Positions 44,330 to 54,181 of a stretch of 57,410 nucleotides of DNA are shown here, piece by piece. The notes under the pieces were generated by a model. The model had not been told where the DNA came from, ran no database searches, and worked only from the letters and a program-made list of their open reading frames with translations. Origin of the DNA: Candidatus Woesearchaeota archaeon (lineage in GTDB: Archaea; Nanobdellota; Nanobdellia; Pacearchaeales; GW2011-AR1); assembly GCA_964490795.1 (NCBI GenBank), contig CAZBDY010000004.1, forward strand, positions 1 through 57,410. Direction: 5' to 3'. A program made the translations under genes and the position numbers. Numbering within the stretch: position 1 is the stretch's first letter; every line of letters begins with the position of its first letter.

Positions 44330-44382
44330 AAGAGTTATTAGATAACAATAATTATTAAAAAGTTTATTAAAAAACTAATTTT

Positions 44383-44712
44383 ATGAAAAGAACAAGACAG
44401 GTTGCAGAAGCTTATTTATTTTTAATTGCTAATAGTGTTAAGTCTATGGCTGGAGAAGATAAAAGAGATTTTATTTCTGGATTAGTTGATATATTACAAA
44501 AACAGAGATTTGTTAGAAGAAGTAAAGATGATTCTTTACATCCAAATGATTTAAGAGTTAAAGATATTGAAGATATACCTCAAGATTCTGATAATCCAAA
44601 AGAGAGTGCAAGAGCAATTATAACTATGTTACATCCTTATTATAATGCAGATACTCAAAATCGGGTCCTCAAATATGTTATTAAGGGATTAAAAGAAAAT
44701 TACCTAAACTAA
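44383..44712 (+). CDS. Hypothetical protein (109 aa)
   Basis: ORF only. Confidence 0.4.
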   Translation: MKRTRQVAEAYLFLIANSVKSMAGEDKRDFISGLVDILQKQRFVRRSKDDSLHPNDLRVKDIEDIPQDSDNPKESARAIITMLHPYYNADTQNRVLKYVIKGLKENYLN

Positions 44713-44772
44713 AAAACTTTAAAAACTAAATTTTTTTAATTACTTTGTTCTAAATTTATTAGTTTAGAATTA

Positions 44773-44877
44773 GGACCTGTAGCTCAGTCGGTTAGAGCAC
44801 TGGCCTTTTACAAAAATGACTTCAAAATAAATTTTGAAGATAGCCAGGTGTCGGGGGTTCAAGTCCCTCCAGGTCCA
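44773..44877 (+). tRNA. tRNA-Lys (anticodon UUU) with a 31-nt canonical-position intron
   Basis: Hand fold: acceptor GGACCTG/CAGGTCC, D arm GCTC-AGTCGGTTA-GAGC, anticodon stem CTGGC/GCCAG, loop C-U-UUU-A|intron|A. T arm GGGGG-TTCAAGT-CCCTC, discriminator A. Confidence 0.8.
44811..44841 (+). other. tRNA intron between positions 37/38
   Basis: Contains the hairpin CTTCAAAAT-aaa-TTTTGAAG. It must be removed to restore a 7-nt anticodon loop. Confidence 0.7.
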
Positions 44878-45255
44878 TCCTTGAACCTAGGACATAATCA
44901 CTCTTGAAGCTAAATCAATAGGAAGGTTAAGCCGAGCAATTTTGCGAGAAAAATAAAAATTAAAATATCGAGCGAGATTGGGAGTATAGGAAACCTTGGT
45001 GTCCTCGCAGTTCAAGTCACTTCAACTTTCTATTTGAAGTTGAAGTTCCCAAGAATCTTTGATTGTTGTGGACCACCGAATCCATTTATGTTGCCAGCTA
45101 AAATTTGACAAGAATTAGAGAAAACAAAACATTTAAAAACCTGAAATTGTCAATTTTTAGTATTGGTTAGTTGTTAATGGTAATTATGCTAAAAAATAAC
45201 CAAAATTACTAATCCCAGTTTGTTCAACTAAATAAATAAAAATAAGGAAAAAAAT

Positions 45256-45462
45256 ATGCATGTTCTTCAGCCAAAACACACAAAATTGAAAGAAGAGGAA
45301 GTTAAGAAACTTATTGAAGAACTTAAAATTTCTATATCACAATTACCAAAAATTAAATCTGAAGATCCAGCCTTGCCTGATAACTGTATTCCTGGAAATG
45401 TAATTAAAATCCAAAGAAAAAGTGAAGATAAGGTAACAGTTTATTATAGGGTTGTTGTTTAA
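45256..45462 (+). CDS. rpoH: DNA-directed RNA polymerase subunit H (Rpo5)
   Basis: 'HVLQPKHTKLKEEEVKKLIEEL...LPKI...DP' and C-terminal 'VYYRVVV'. Sits directly upstream of rpoB. Confidence 0.85.
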   Translation: MHVLQPKHTKLKEEEVKKLIEELKISISQLPKIKSEDPALPDNCIPGNVIKIQRKSEDKVTVYYRVVV

Positions 45463-45464
45463 AT

Positions 45465-48400
45465 ATGTCTGAATCAAAACATCTTATAGTTGAAAAATAT
45501 CTGAAAGCACACTCACTTGTAGAGTCAAATATTCTTTCTTTTAATAATTTTATGGAAGAAAGAATGCAGGAAATTGTTGATGAGTTAAATGAAAATCTTC
45601 CTTCAGAAGAATTTGAAATTAAGTTGGGAAAAATAAGAATTGACAGGCCAAATGTTATTGAAGCTGATGGTTCTATGTCTTTGATAACCCCGACAGAAGC
45701 AAGGTTAAGAAAACTAACCTATTCTGCTCCTGTTTTTCTGGAAATCAATGTTAAAAGAGGAGACCAGACAGAAAGTGAGGAAGTTGAGATAGGAAGGATT
45801 CCGGTAATGGTTGGAAGCAAAATTTGTAATACTTATGAAATGTCTCCAGCTGATAAAGAGGAAAATTTTATTGATTCAAAAGACACAGGAGGGTATTTTA
45901 TTATTAATGGCAATGAAAGAGTCATGGTTTTAATGGAAGACTTGGCTGCAAATCAACCTTTTATCGAAGAGACAAAAGGAAAATTAAGATTAAGATTATT
46001 CTCGCAAAGAGGAGCTTATAGAATTCCTATTAATATAGAAGAGACAAAAGAAGGGATTTTAGAAACTTCTTTTTCTAGATTTAAAAATATTCCTGTTGTT
46101 GTTTTATTAAAAGCTTTGGGAATGGTAAAAGAGGCAGACATTTCAAAATATATAGGGAAAAATACTGATAGTGTCATAGTTAATTTATATGAATTTACTG
46201 AACTTGGGAATAGTGAAGAGGCAATGATGTGGATGGCTGAAAAAGCAAATTTACAAGGTACAAAAAAAGAGATTATGGATAGAGTTAAACAGAGAATTGA
46301 TAATTATTTTATGCCCCATATTGGAACTGAATATACTAATAGAAGTGAAAAGGCAATAACTTTATGTAAATTTGTCAAACAATTTTTAATTGCTAAGGAA
46401 AATTCTAAGGTTTACACTGATAAAGACCATTATGCTAACAAAAGAGTGAAATTATCAGGAGAGCTATTATCTGAATTATTTAGGGTTAATCTGAATATTT
46501 TAGTCAGAGATATCCAGTATTCTTTATCTAAAAATGTTAAGAGAAGGAAATTTTACAGTTTAAGAACTATTGCTAAATCAACTTTATTTTCACATAGGGT
46601 TGAAAGTTCAATTGCTACTGGAAATTGGATTGGACAGAGAACAGGGGTTACTCAAAATATGGATAAAACAAATTATCTTTCTGTTTTATCCCAGTTACAG
46701 AGAGTTACATCTGTACTGCCTGGAGAGATTGCCAACTTTTTAGCAAGAACCTTACATCCTACCCATTATGGAAGATTTTGTCCTATTGAAACTCCAGAAG
46801 GAACTGAAATTGGGTTAAGAAAAAATTTAGCTTTACTTGCCAGAATTTCTACAAGAGTTTTTATTGATGAAAATGAATTTTTAAAAATTTTAGAAAGTTC
46901 AGGAATGGAAAAACATACTGCTGAACAAAACCAGTTTGATATTTTCTTTAATGGAAGATTTATTGGAAGTGTTGATGAAGGAAATGATTTTGTTAAAAAA
47001 GTAAGAGAAAAAAGAAGAGATAATGGATTGCCCTTGGAAATGAGTATTAGGATTGATAAATTTACTGATACTATTCATATCTCAACTGAGGTTGGAAGAG
47101 TATTAAGGCCCTTAATTGTAATTGAAAATGGAAAAACTAAATTAACTGAAGAAGTATTAAAAGAGTTAAAAGAAAATAAACTAGTCTGGGATGATTTGCT
47201 TCAAAAGGGAATGATTGAGTATTTGGATGCAAGTGAGGAAGAAAATTCTTTAGTTGCCTTAAAACAGGATGATATTTCTGATAAACATACTCATCTGGAA
47301 ATTGATGCTGTTGCTTCTTTAGGAACAATTACAAGTTTGGTTTCATATGCTAATCATGATCATCCTCCAAGACTATTAAGAGGAAGTAAAACATTAAAAC
47401 AAGGCTTGGGAATTTATTCTGGTAATTTTCCAGTAAGAGTTGATACCAATGTCTCATTATTACACTATCCTCAAAAACCAATTGTAAGAAGTTTTGTTTA
47501 TGATACCTTAAATATGCATCCAGCAGGACAAAACATGATTGTAGCTATAATGACTTATGAAGGATATAATTTAGAAGATGCAATAGTCTTAAATAAAGGA
47601 AGTGTTGACAGGGGTTTGGCTCGTTCAACATATTTCAGGCCTTATTCAACAATTGAATTAAATTATGCCGGAAGTTTAAAGGATGAAATTAGTATTCCTG
47701 AAAAAGATGTTTCTGGTTATAAGACAGAAGAATCATATAGATATTTGGAAGATGATGGAATTGTATTTCCTGAAGCAAATTTAAATGAGGGAGAGGTAGT
47801 TATTGGAAAAACATCTCCTCCAAAATTCTTGTCAGAAGCAAGAAATATTGCTATTAGAACAAGAAAAGAGACAAGTGAGGCAATAAGACAGGAAGAAAAA
47901 GGAATTGTAGATGCTGTTTTTGTAACCTCAGACAGTGAGGGAAATAAAGTTGTCCACACAAGAACAAGAGACCCAAGAAACCCTGAGCTAGGAGATAAAT
48001 TTTCTGCACCTCACGGGCAAAAAGGGGTTATTGGTGCAATAGTGCCAGAACAAGATATTCCATTTACTTCCAGAGGAATTAAACCAGATTTAATTTTTAA
48101 TCCTCACTCTATTCCATCAAGAATGTCTATGGGATATATGGTTGAATTATTAGCTGGGAAAGTAGGAAGTGTTGTTGGAAGAAATGTAGATGGAACAGCA
48201 TTTGCAGGAGAAAAAGCAGAGGATTTAGAAAAAGAATTAAAGAAAAGAGGATTTAGATATGATGGAAAAGAGACAATGTATGACCCTATAACCGGGAAGA
48301 AAATGAAATCTAAGATATTCATAGGAAATATGTATTATCTAAAATTAAAATATATGATTAGTAATTTAATGCATGCAAGAGCTTCTGGAAAAGTCCAGCT

Positions 48401-48725
48401 ATTAACAAGGCAACCAATTGAAGGAAGAGCAAAAGGAGGAGCCTTAAGATTAGGAGAGATGGAACAGCAAGCTTTAGTTGCTCATGGCGCATCTTTATTA
48501 TTAAAAGAAAGATATGATTCAGACAAGGTAGTAATTGATATTTGTGAAGATTGCGGGGGGATAGGAGTTAATGACAGAATTAGAAACAATGTAAGATGTC
48601 CTTTATGTGGGGGAAGCAAAACTGAACCAGTAGAAGTTTCATATGCTTTTAAATTATTATTAGAAGAATTACAAGGGTTACATATATATTCTAAATTTAA
48701 ATTAAAAAACAAGTATGAGGAATAA
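45465..48725 (+). CDS. rpoB: DNA-directed RNA polymerase subunit B (unsplit)
   Basis: 'GDKFSAPHGQKGVIG', 'GEMEQQALVAHGAS', C-terminal Zn ribbon 'CEDCGG...CPLCGG'. Confidence 0.95.
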   Translation: MSESKHLIVEKYLKAHSLVESNILSFNNFMEERMQEIVDELNENLPSEEFEIKLGKIRIDRPNVIEADGSMSLITPTEARLRKLTYSAPVFLEINVKRGDQTESEEVEIGRIPVMVGSKICNTYEMSPADKEENFIDSKDTGGYFIINGNERVMVLMEDLAANQPFIEETKGKLRLRLFSQRGAYRIPINIEETKEGILETSFSRFKNIPVVVLLKALGMVKEADISKYIGKNTDSVIVNLYEFTELGNSEEAMMWMAEKANLQGTKKEIMDRVKQRIDNYFMPHIGTEYTNRSEKAITLCKFVKQFLIAKENSKVYTDKDHYANKRVKLSGELLSELFRVNLNILVRDIQYSLSKNVKRRKFYSLRTIAKSTLFSHRVESSIATGNWIGQRTGVTQNMDKTNYLSVLSQLQRVTSVLPGEIANFLARTLHPTHYGRFCPIETPEGTEIGLRKNLALLARISTRVFIDENEFLKILESSGMEKHTAEQNQFDIFFNGRFIGSVDEGNDFVKKVREKRRDNGLPLEMSIRIDKFTDTIHISTEVGRVLRPLIVIENGKTKLTEEVLKELKENKLVWDDLLQKGMIEYLDASEEENSLVALKQDDISDKHTHLEIDAVASLGTITSLVSYANHDHPPRLLRGSKTLKQGLGIYSGNFPVRVDTNVSLLHYPQKPIVRSFVYDTLNMHPAGQNMIVAIMTYEGYNLEDAIVLNKGSVDRGLARSTYFRPYSTIELNYAGSLKDEISIPEKDVSGYKTEESYRYLEDDGIVFPEANLNEGEVVIGKTSPPKFLSEARNIAIRTRKETSEAIRQEEKGIVDAVFVTSDSEGNKVVHTRTRDPRNPELGDKFSAPHGQKGVIGAIVPEQDIPFTSRGIKPDLIFNPHSIPSRMSMGYMVELLAGKVGSVVGRNVDGTAFAGEKAEDLEKELKKRGFRYDGKETMYDPITGKKMKSKIFIGNMYYLKLKYMISNLMHARASGKVQLLTRQPIEGRAKGGALRLGEMEQQALVAHGASLLLKERYDSDKVVIDICEDCGGIGVNDRIRNNVRCPLCGGSKTEPVEVSYAFKLLLEELQGLHIYSKFKLKNKYEE

Positions 48726-51700
48726 AATGGGAAAATACATAAGAAAACAAGTTAAAGCATTATCTTTTGCATTGCTGTCTCCAGAAAAAATAAAAAATTT
48801 ATCTTCAGCTAAAATAATTACTCCTGAATTATATGATGTAGATGGTTATCCTGTTGATGCTGGGTTAATGGATTTAAGAATGGGAGTTATAGAACCTGGT
48901 ATGAGGTGTAGAACCTGTGGAGGAACATTAAAAGAATGTATAGGGCATCCTGGAAGTATTGAGTTGGCTCGTTCAGTTCTGCATGTTAAATACACTAATT
49001 TAATAAAAATGTCTTTAAGAGTATTTTGTGAATCTTGTGGAAAAATATTATTAGATGAAGATACAATTGAAAAATATAAAAAGAAAGGGACGAAAAAACT
49101 GATTAAAAAAGCAAGGGATTTGAAAAAATGTCCTTATTGTAATGCTGAACAAGAAAAAATAAAATTAGAAAAACCTTCAACTTTTAAGGTGGGTAAAAAA
49201 AGATTATTTCCAACTGAAATTAGGGAGAGATTAGAGAAAATTCCTGATGAAGATTTAAGATTGGTTGGTGTTAATCCTGATTTTTGTCGTCCTGAATGGG
49301 CTGTTTTAACTTTATTAATAGTTCCTCCTGTTACTGTTCGTCCCTCTATAACTTTAGAATCAGGAGAAAGAAGTGAAGATGACTTAACTCATAAATTAGG
49401 AGATATTATAAGAGCTAATCAGAGACTATGGGAAAATTTAAATGCTGGTGCTCCAGAAGTTATTGTTGAAGATTTGTGGGATTTATTACAATATCATGTT
49501 ACAACCTTTTTTGATAACACTATTTCAAGAATCCCTCCTGCAAGACACAGAAGCGGACAGCCATTAAAAACAATTACAGAGAGAATTAAAGGAAAAGAAG
49601 GAAGAATAAGACACAATCTTACAGGAAAAAGAGTTAATTTTTCATCTAGGAGTGTAATCTCTCCAGACCCTTATCTTCAGATTAATGAAGTTGGAGTTCC
49701 TCTGGAAATTGCAAAAGTAATAACTGTTGCTGAAAAAGTTACTTCTATGAATATTAATTATTTAAAAAATTTAATTAAAATTCCAGATTATCCTGGAGCT
49801 AACTACATAATAAGGCCAGATGGAAAAAGAAAGAAAATTACTCCTGATTTAAAAGAAGAAATTTTAGAAGAACTTTCTCCTGGATATATAGTTGAGAGAC
49901 ATTTAAGAGACGGAGATATAGTTCTTTTTAATAGACATCCTTCATTACACAAACAAAGTTTAATGGCTCACTATGTAAAAATACTTCCACATAAGTCATT
50001 TAGATTACATCCTGCTGTCTGTCACCCTTATAATGCTGATTTTGATGGTGATGAGATGAATATTCATGGTCCTCAAACTGAGGAGGCAAGAAGTGAAGCG
50101 GATAGTTTATTAAATGTTAATAATAATTTGATGAGTTCAAAGAATAATACTAACTTATTAGGATGTATTCAGGATGCGATTACAGGAAATTACTTATTAA
50201 GTAAGGACAAGATTTTAGGAAGTGAAGCTTCCCAACTCTTATATCAGGCAGGCATAGAATCTAGCTTTAAAAAAGAGATTGAAGGAAAAGATATTTTTTC
50301 TGAAATTCTTCCTAAGGTAAATTATTCTTCACCAAATAATAAATTAAAAATTAAGGCTGGAAAAATTGAAAAAGGAGTTATTGATGAAAACTCTTTTGGA
50401 ACTGAATCAGGAGAATTAATTAAAGAGTTAGATAAAACAGCTGGAAGAGAAAAAGCTATTGATGTGTTAAAAAAAGTTTTTTCAGTTGGAACTTCTGCCC
50501 TATCTAGAATAGGATTTTCATTTTCTTTGTCTGATTTAAGAGTTAATCAAAAAACAATTGATGAAACTGAAAAATTAATTAAAAAAGCTGAACAAAAGAC
50601 AGAAGAGATTATTGAAGATTATAAATCAGGAAAATTAGAGTTAATTCCAGGAAGAGATAAAGAAGAGAGTAGAGAAATCAAGATATTAAAAGCCTTAAAT
50701 GAAATAAGGACTAAGATAGGCACTGTTGTTAAACAGGAATTTCCAATAGATAATCCTGTAAATACTATGATTTTATCTGGAGCAAGAGGAAACATATTAA
50801 ATGTAACTCAAATAGCTTGTAATGTAGGACAGCAGGCATTATGGTCTAGAAGAATTAGTTTGGGATATACTAATAGAACCTTATCTTTTTTCAAGGAACA
50901 TGATTTATCTCCTAAAGCAAGAGGATTTATTAGAAATTCTTATTTAAAGGGATTAGAACCATATGAGTTCTTTTTTGGAAGCATGACTGGAAGAGATTCA
51001 TTAATGGATACAGCTTTAAGAACTCCAAAATCAGGATACTTGTATAGAAGATTAGCAAATGCTTTGCAAGATTTAAAGGTAGGTTATGATGAAACAATAA
51101 GAGATGCGTCTTCTAATATTGTTCAGTTTAAATATGGAGAAGATGGACTGGATGTTTCTAAAATACATCTTGGAGAAAAAATTTCATCTGGAGAAGCTGC
51201 AGGAATTATTACTTCTCAAAGTTTTGGAGAACCTTCAACTCAGATGGCTTTAAATGTTTTCCATTTTGCTGGAGTTCAGGAAATGTCTATTACACAGGGA
51301 TTGCCAAGATTAATTGAAATCTTTGACGCAAGAAAAGTTCCATCCACTCCATTAATGGAGGTTTATTTAGATTCTAAAAATAATAATAAGAAAAATGCAA
51401 AAGAGATTGCTGAGAAAATTAAAGAAGTTAAATTAAAAGACATAGTTTCAGAAATTAAAATTAATTTTTCAGATAAAAGAATTGAGGCAGAAATTGATTC
51501 AGAATCATTGAGAGCAACTCATACTACCTTGAAAAAAATTGTTGAAAAAATAAATGAGAAAAAGGGATTTGAAGTTAAAGAAGGGAGAAGTTCTATATAT
51601 TCATCTAATTCTAAGTTGGATTTTAAAGAGTTATATCAGTTAAAAGAAAAGTTAAAAGAAACAATAGTATCTGGTGTTAAAGGGATTGATCAGGTATTGG

Positions 51701-52200
51701 TTGTAAAGAGAGAAAAGGATTATGTGGTACTAACCTCTGGAAGCAATTTAAAAGAGGTTTTTAAAATAAAGGGAGTAAATAAAGACAAGACATTTACAAA
51801 TGATTTATATGAGATTGCTGAAGTCTTGGGAATTGAAGCTGCAAGACAAGCAATAATTAATGAAGTTAATAAAGTCTTAAATCAGCAGGGATTAGATATT
51901 GATCAAAGACATATAAAACTTGTTTCAGATGCCATGACTTATAAAGGAAATGTAAAAGGAATTACAAGAATGGGAATTATATCTGAAAAATCAAGTGTTT
52001 TGGCAAGAGCAAGTTTTGAAACACCTATTAATCAGTTTGTTGATTCAAGTATTAATGGTAAGAAAGATGAGTTAGCTTCAGTAATTGAAAATATCATATT
52101 AAATCAGCCAGTTCCTGTAGGAACAGGGCTTCCTGGATTAATGGTTGAAGTCACAGGACCTTTAGTAAAAAAACAGAAAAAGAAAAGTAAGGAAAAATAA
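48715..52200 (+). CDS. rpoA: DNA-directed RNA polymerase subunit A, with A' and A'' portions in one ORF
   Basis: A' motifs: 'CRTCGG', 'RHPSLHKQS', 'YNADFDGDEMNIH'. A'' motifs: 'GEAAGIITSQSFGEPSTQMALNVFHFAG', 'GLPRLIEIFDARK'. No stop between them. Confidence 0.9.
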   Translation: MRNKMGKYIRKQVKALSFALLSPEKIKNLSSAKIITPELYDVDGYPVDAGLMDLRMGVIEPGMRCRTCGGTLKECIGHPGSIELARSVLHVKYTNLIKMSLRVFCESCGKILLDEDTIEKYKKKGTKKLIKKARDLKKCPYCNAEQEKIKLEKPSTFKVGKKRLFPTEIRERLEKIPDEDLRLVGVNPDFCRPEWAVLTLLIVPPVTVRPSITLESGERSEDDLTHKLGDIIRANQRLWENLNAGAPEVIVEDLWDLLQYHVTTFFDNTISRIPPARHRSGQPLKTITERIKGKEGRIRHNLTGKRVNFSSRSVISPDPYLQINEVGVPLEIAKVITVAEKVTSMNINYLKNLIKIPDYPGANYIIRPDGKRKKITPDLKEEILEELSPGYIVERHLRDGDIVLFNRHPSLHKQSLMAHYVKILPHKSFRLHPAVCHPYNADFDGDEMNIHGPQTEEARSEADSLLNVNNNLMSSKNNTNLLGCIQDAITGNYLLSKDKILGSEASQLLYQAGIESSFKKEIEGKDIFSEILPKVNYSSPNNKLKIKAGKIEKGVIDENSFGTESGELIKELDKTAGREKAIDVLKKVFSVGTSALSRIGFSFSLSDLRVNQKTIDETEKLIKKAEQKTEEIIEDYKSGKLELIPGRDKEESREIKILKALNEIRTKIGTVVKQEFPIDNPVNTMILSGARGNILNVTQIACNVGQQALWSRRISLGYTNRTLSFFKEHDLSPKARGFIRNSYLKGLEPYEFFFGSMTGRDSLMDTALRTPKSGYLYRRLANALQDLKVGYDETIRDASSNIVQFKYGEDGLDVSKIHLGEKISSGEAAGIITSQSFGEPSTQMALNVFHFAGVQEMSITQGLPRLIEIFDARKVPSTPLMEVYLDSKNNNKKNAKEIAEKIKEVKLKDIVSEIKINFSDKRIEAEIDSESLRATHTTLKKIVEKINEKKGFEVKEGRSSIYSSNSKLDFKELYQLKEKLKETIVSGVKGIDQVLVVKREKDYVVLTSGSNLKEVFKIKGVNKDKTFTNDLYEIAEVLGIEAARQAIINEVNKVLNQQGLDIDQRHIKLVSDAMTYKGNVKGITRMGIISEKSSVLARASFETPINQFVDSSINGKKDELASVIENIILNQPVPVGTGLPGLMVEVTGPLVKKQKKKSKEK

Positions 52201-52201
52201 G

Positions 52202-52636
52202 ATGAAACAAACAATTGATATGAATAGAATGAGGTATCTTAATCTTTTGGAAAAAATTTCTAAGGTTAGAAGCAGTAGCTGTTTTTTTTATAACAACTGC
52301 TTGATATTTGCTGTTCCTAAGAAAATGGTTTCAAAAGCTATTGGAGAAGGTGGAAAAAATATAAAAAAATTATCAAGTATATTGGGAAAAAGAGTTAAAA
52401 TTGTGGGTTTTCAAAAATCAAATTCAAAAAATTCAGAAAAAGAAAAAATTGAAAAATTTATTTCAGAGCTTGTTAAACCAGTTACCTTTAAGGATATTAA
52501 GATTGAGGATGATAAAATCCTGATTTCTGGAACAAGGCAAAATAAAGCTTCTTTAATTGGAAGAGGGAGAATTAGAGAAAAAGAATTAGGAAAAATTACT
52601 TTAGAGTTTTTTGACAAAAAAGTAGAGATTATTTAA
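52202..52636 (+). CDS. nusA: Archaeal NusA-like KH-domain transcription factor
   Basis: KH GxxG 'AIGEGGKNIKKL' and second KH 'LIGRGRIREKEL'. Conserved position after rpoA. Confidence 0.75.
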   Translation: MKQTIDMNRMRYLNLLEKISKVRSSSCFFYNNCLIFAVPKKMVSKAIGEGGKNIKKLSSILGKRVKIVGFQKSNSKNSEKEKIEKFISELVKPVTFKDIKIEDDKILISGTRQNKASLIGRGRIREKELGKITLEFFDKKVEII

Positions 52637-52696
52637 ATTTAATAGTTAAATTTAAAAATAGGTTTTTATGTTTAATTATACTATTTTTACTTAAAA

Positions 52697-53119
52697 ATGG
52701 GATTAATGAATGCAAAAAAATTGAAGAAGAGAAGGAAAAAGTTTAGATGGCACAATAAAAAATATCGGGCTAAAGCTATGAACTTGAAAGAAAAATCAGA
52801 CCCTTTAAAAGCTAAACATCAAGCTAAGGGATTAGTTATTGAAAAAGTTCAAAGAGAAGCAAAACAGCCAAATTCAGCTATGAGAAAATGTGCAAGAGTT
52901 CAGTTAATTAAAAATGGAAAGATGGTGACTGCATTTATTCCTGGAAACTTGGGACAAAAATTTATTAATGAACATGATGAAGTTATTATTGAAAGAATAG
53001 GGGGCAAACAGGGAGGAAGTAAGGGAGATATTCCTGGAATTAAGTTTAAAGTTATTAAAGTAAATGATCAGCCTTTAGACAGATTAGTTAGGGGTAAGAT
53101 TGAAAAAGGTAGAAGATAA
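52697..53119 (+). CDS. rps12: 30S ribosomal protein S12 (uS12)
   Basis: '[20 protein letters not shown]', '[13 protein letters not shown]'. Confidence 0.9.
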   Translation: MGLMNAKKLKKRRKKFRWHNKKYRAKAMNLKEKSDPLKAKHQAKGLVIEKVQREAKQPNSAMRKCARVQLIKNGKMVTAFIPGNLGQKFINEHDEVIIERIGGKQGGSKGDIPGIKFKVIKVNDQPLDRLVRGKIEKGRR

Positions 53120-53709
53120 TGAAAGCATTTGATAAATATGATTTAAAAGAAGTGAAAGTTGAAGATGAAGGATTAAAAAATGTTGTATTTTTAGATGATA
53201 AACTTGTAATTAAAAGTCATGGAAGATTAAATACTGATAAATTTGGAAGGATTAAAGTTAATATTATTGAAAGGTTTGTTAACTTGATTAGTGTTCCTGG
53301 ACATAGAGGGAAAAAACAAAAAATTCAGACAAAACATGCAACTGGAAAATATTATAAAAATATGAAAATGGCTTTATCTTGTTTTGAGATTATACAAGAT
53401 AAGACAGGGAAAAATCCTATTCAAATATTTATTAAAGCAATAGAAAATGCTGCTCCTCGTGAAGAAGTTACAACTATTGAATATGGTGGGGCAAGATATC
53501 CTCAGGCAGTTGATACCTCACCTTTAAGAAGAATTAATGTTGCTTTAAGAAATTTAGTTCATGCTGGTTATGATAAATCATTTAATAAAAAAATCAAGAT
53601 TCAGCAAGGGTTGGCTAGTGAAATTATTGCTGCAAGTGAAAATTCTGGAGAAAGTGCAGCTATAAAGAAAAAGAATGAGTTAGAAAAACAAGCTGATTCT
53701 GCCAGGTAA
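53119..53709 (+). CDS. rps7: 30S ribosomal protein S7 (uS7)
   Basis: 'IERFVNLI...', 'AIENAAPREEVTTIEYGGARYPQAVDTSPLRR'. Confidence 0.9.
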   Translation: MKAFDKYDLKEVKVEDEGLKNVVFLDDKLVIKSHGRLNTDKFGRIKVNIIERFVNLISVPGHRGKKQKIQTKHATGKYYKNMKMALSCFEIIQDKTGKNPIQIFIKAIENAAPREEVTTIEYGGARYPQAVDTSPLRRINVALRNLVHAGYDKSFNKKIKIQQGLASEIIAASENSGESAAIKKKNELEKQADSAR

Positions 53710-53907
53710 TTATCTAGAGTATTTTCCAGTTAATTCAACTTTTTCTAATATGTGGTTTTGAATTGCTTGTTCAACTTGTTTTTTTGATGAACTTTCTTGT
53801 AAATCTAAATTTATATTAAGGGTATACAATTTAAACTTGTAGTTATTCACAAACTCTGCCTTTAGGTGGAGATAACAAAAGAATTTTTTGATTTTGAAAA
53901 ACTGATT

Positions 53908-54132
53908 TTATTTTTTATTATTATTTTTAACAGGAATAAAATTAATGAACCATACAATCCAAACTAACCATAAATAATTAACATAATACTCTTCTTTAAT
54001 CCCGAGAATAGCTAAAAAAGATAAAAATCCCAAAAATCCTAAAGGCCAGTTTTTTCTTAATTTCATTTTATTAAAAAGTGATAATTTTTTATAAATGTTA
54101 TGAAAAAAAATTAAGAAAAAAAGTAGAAACAT
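53908..54132 (-). CDS. Small hypothetical membrane protein, antisense to the surrounding operon
   Basis: Hydrophobic ORF only. Confidence 0.35.
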   Translation of the reverse strand: MFLLFFLIFFHNIYKKLSLFNKMKLRKNWPLGFLGFLSFLAILGIKEEYYVNYLWLVWIVWFINFIPVKNNNKK

Positions 54133-54181
54133 TTAAAAAATAAGAGTTTCAGTTTATAATATTAAATCAATAGATAAAAAA

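Noticed and set aside
53710-53850. Minus-strand reading frame (...VNNYKFKLYTLNINLDLQESSSKKQVEQAIQNHILEKVELTGKYSR) directly after rps7.
   Set aside because: It has no ATG, only a possible GTG at 53850, and no recognisable promoter, SD or motif. It may be a gene remnant. It is mentioned only in the rps7-fusA junction finding.
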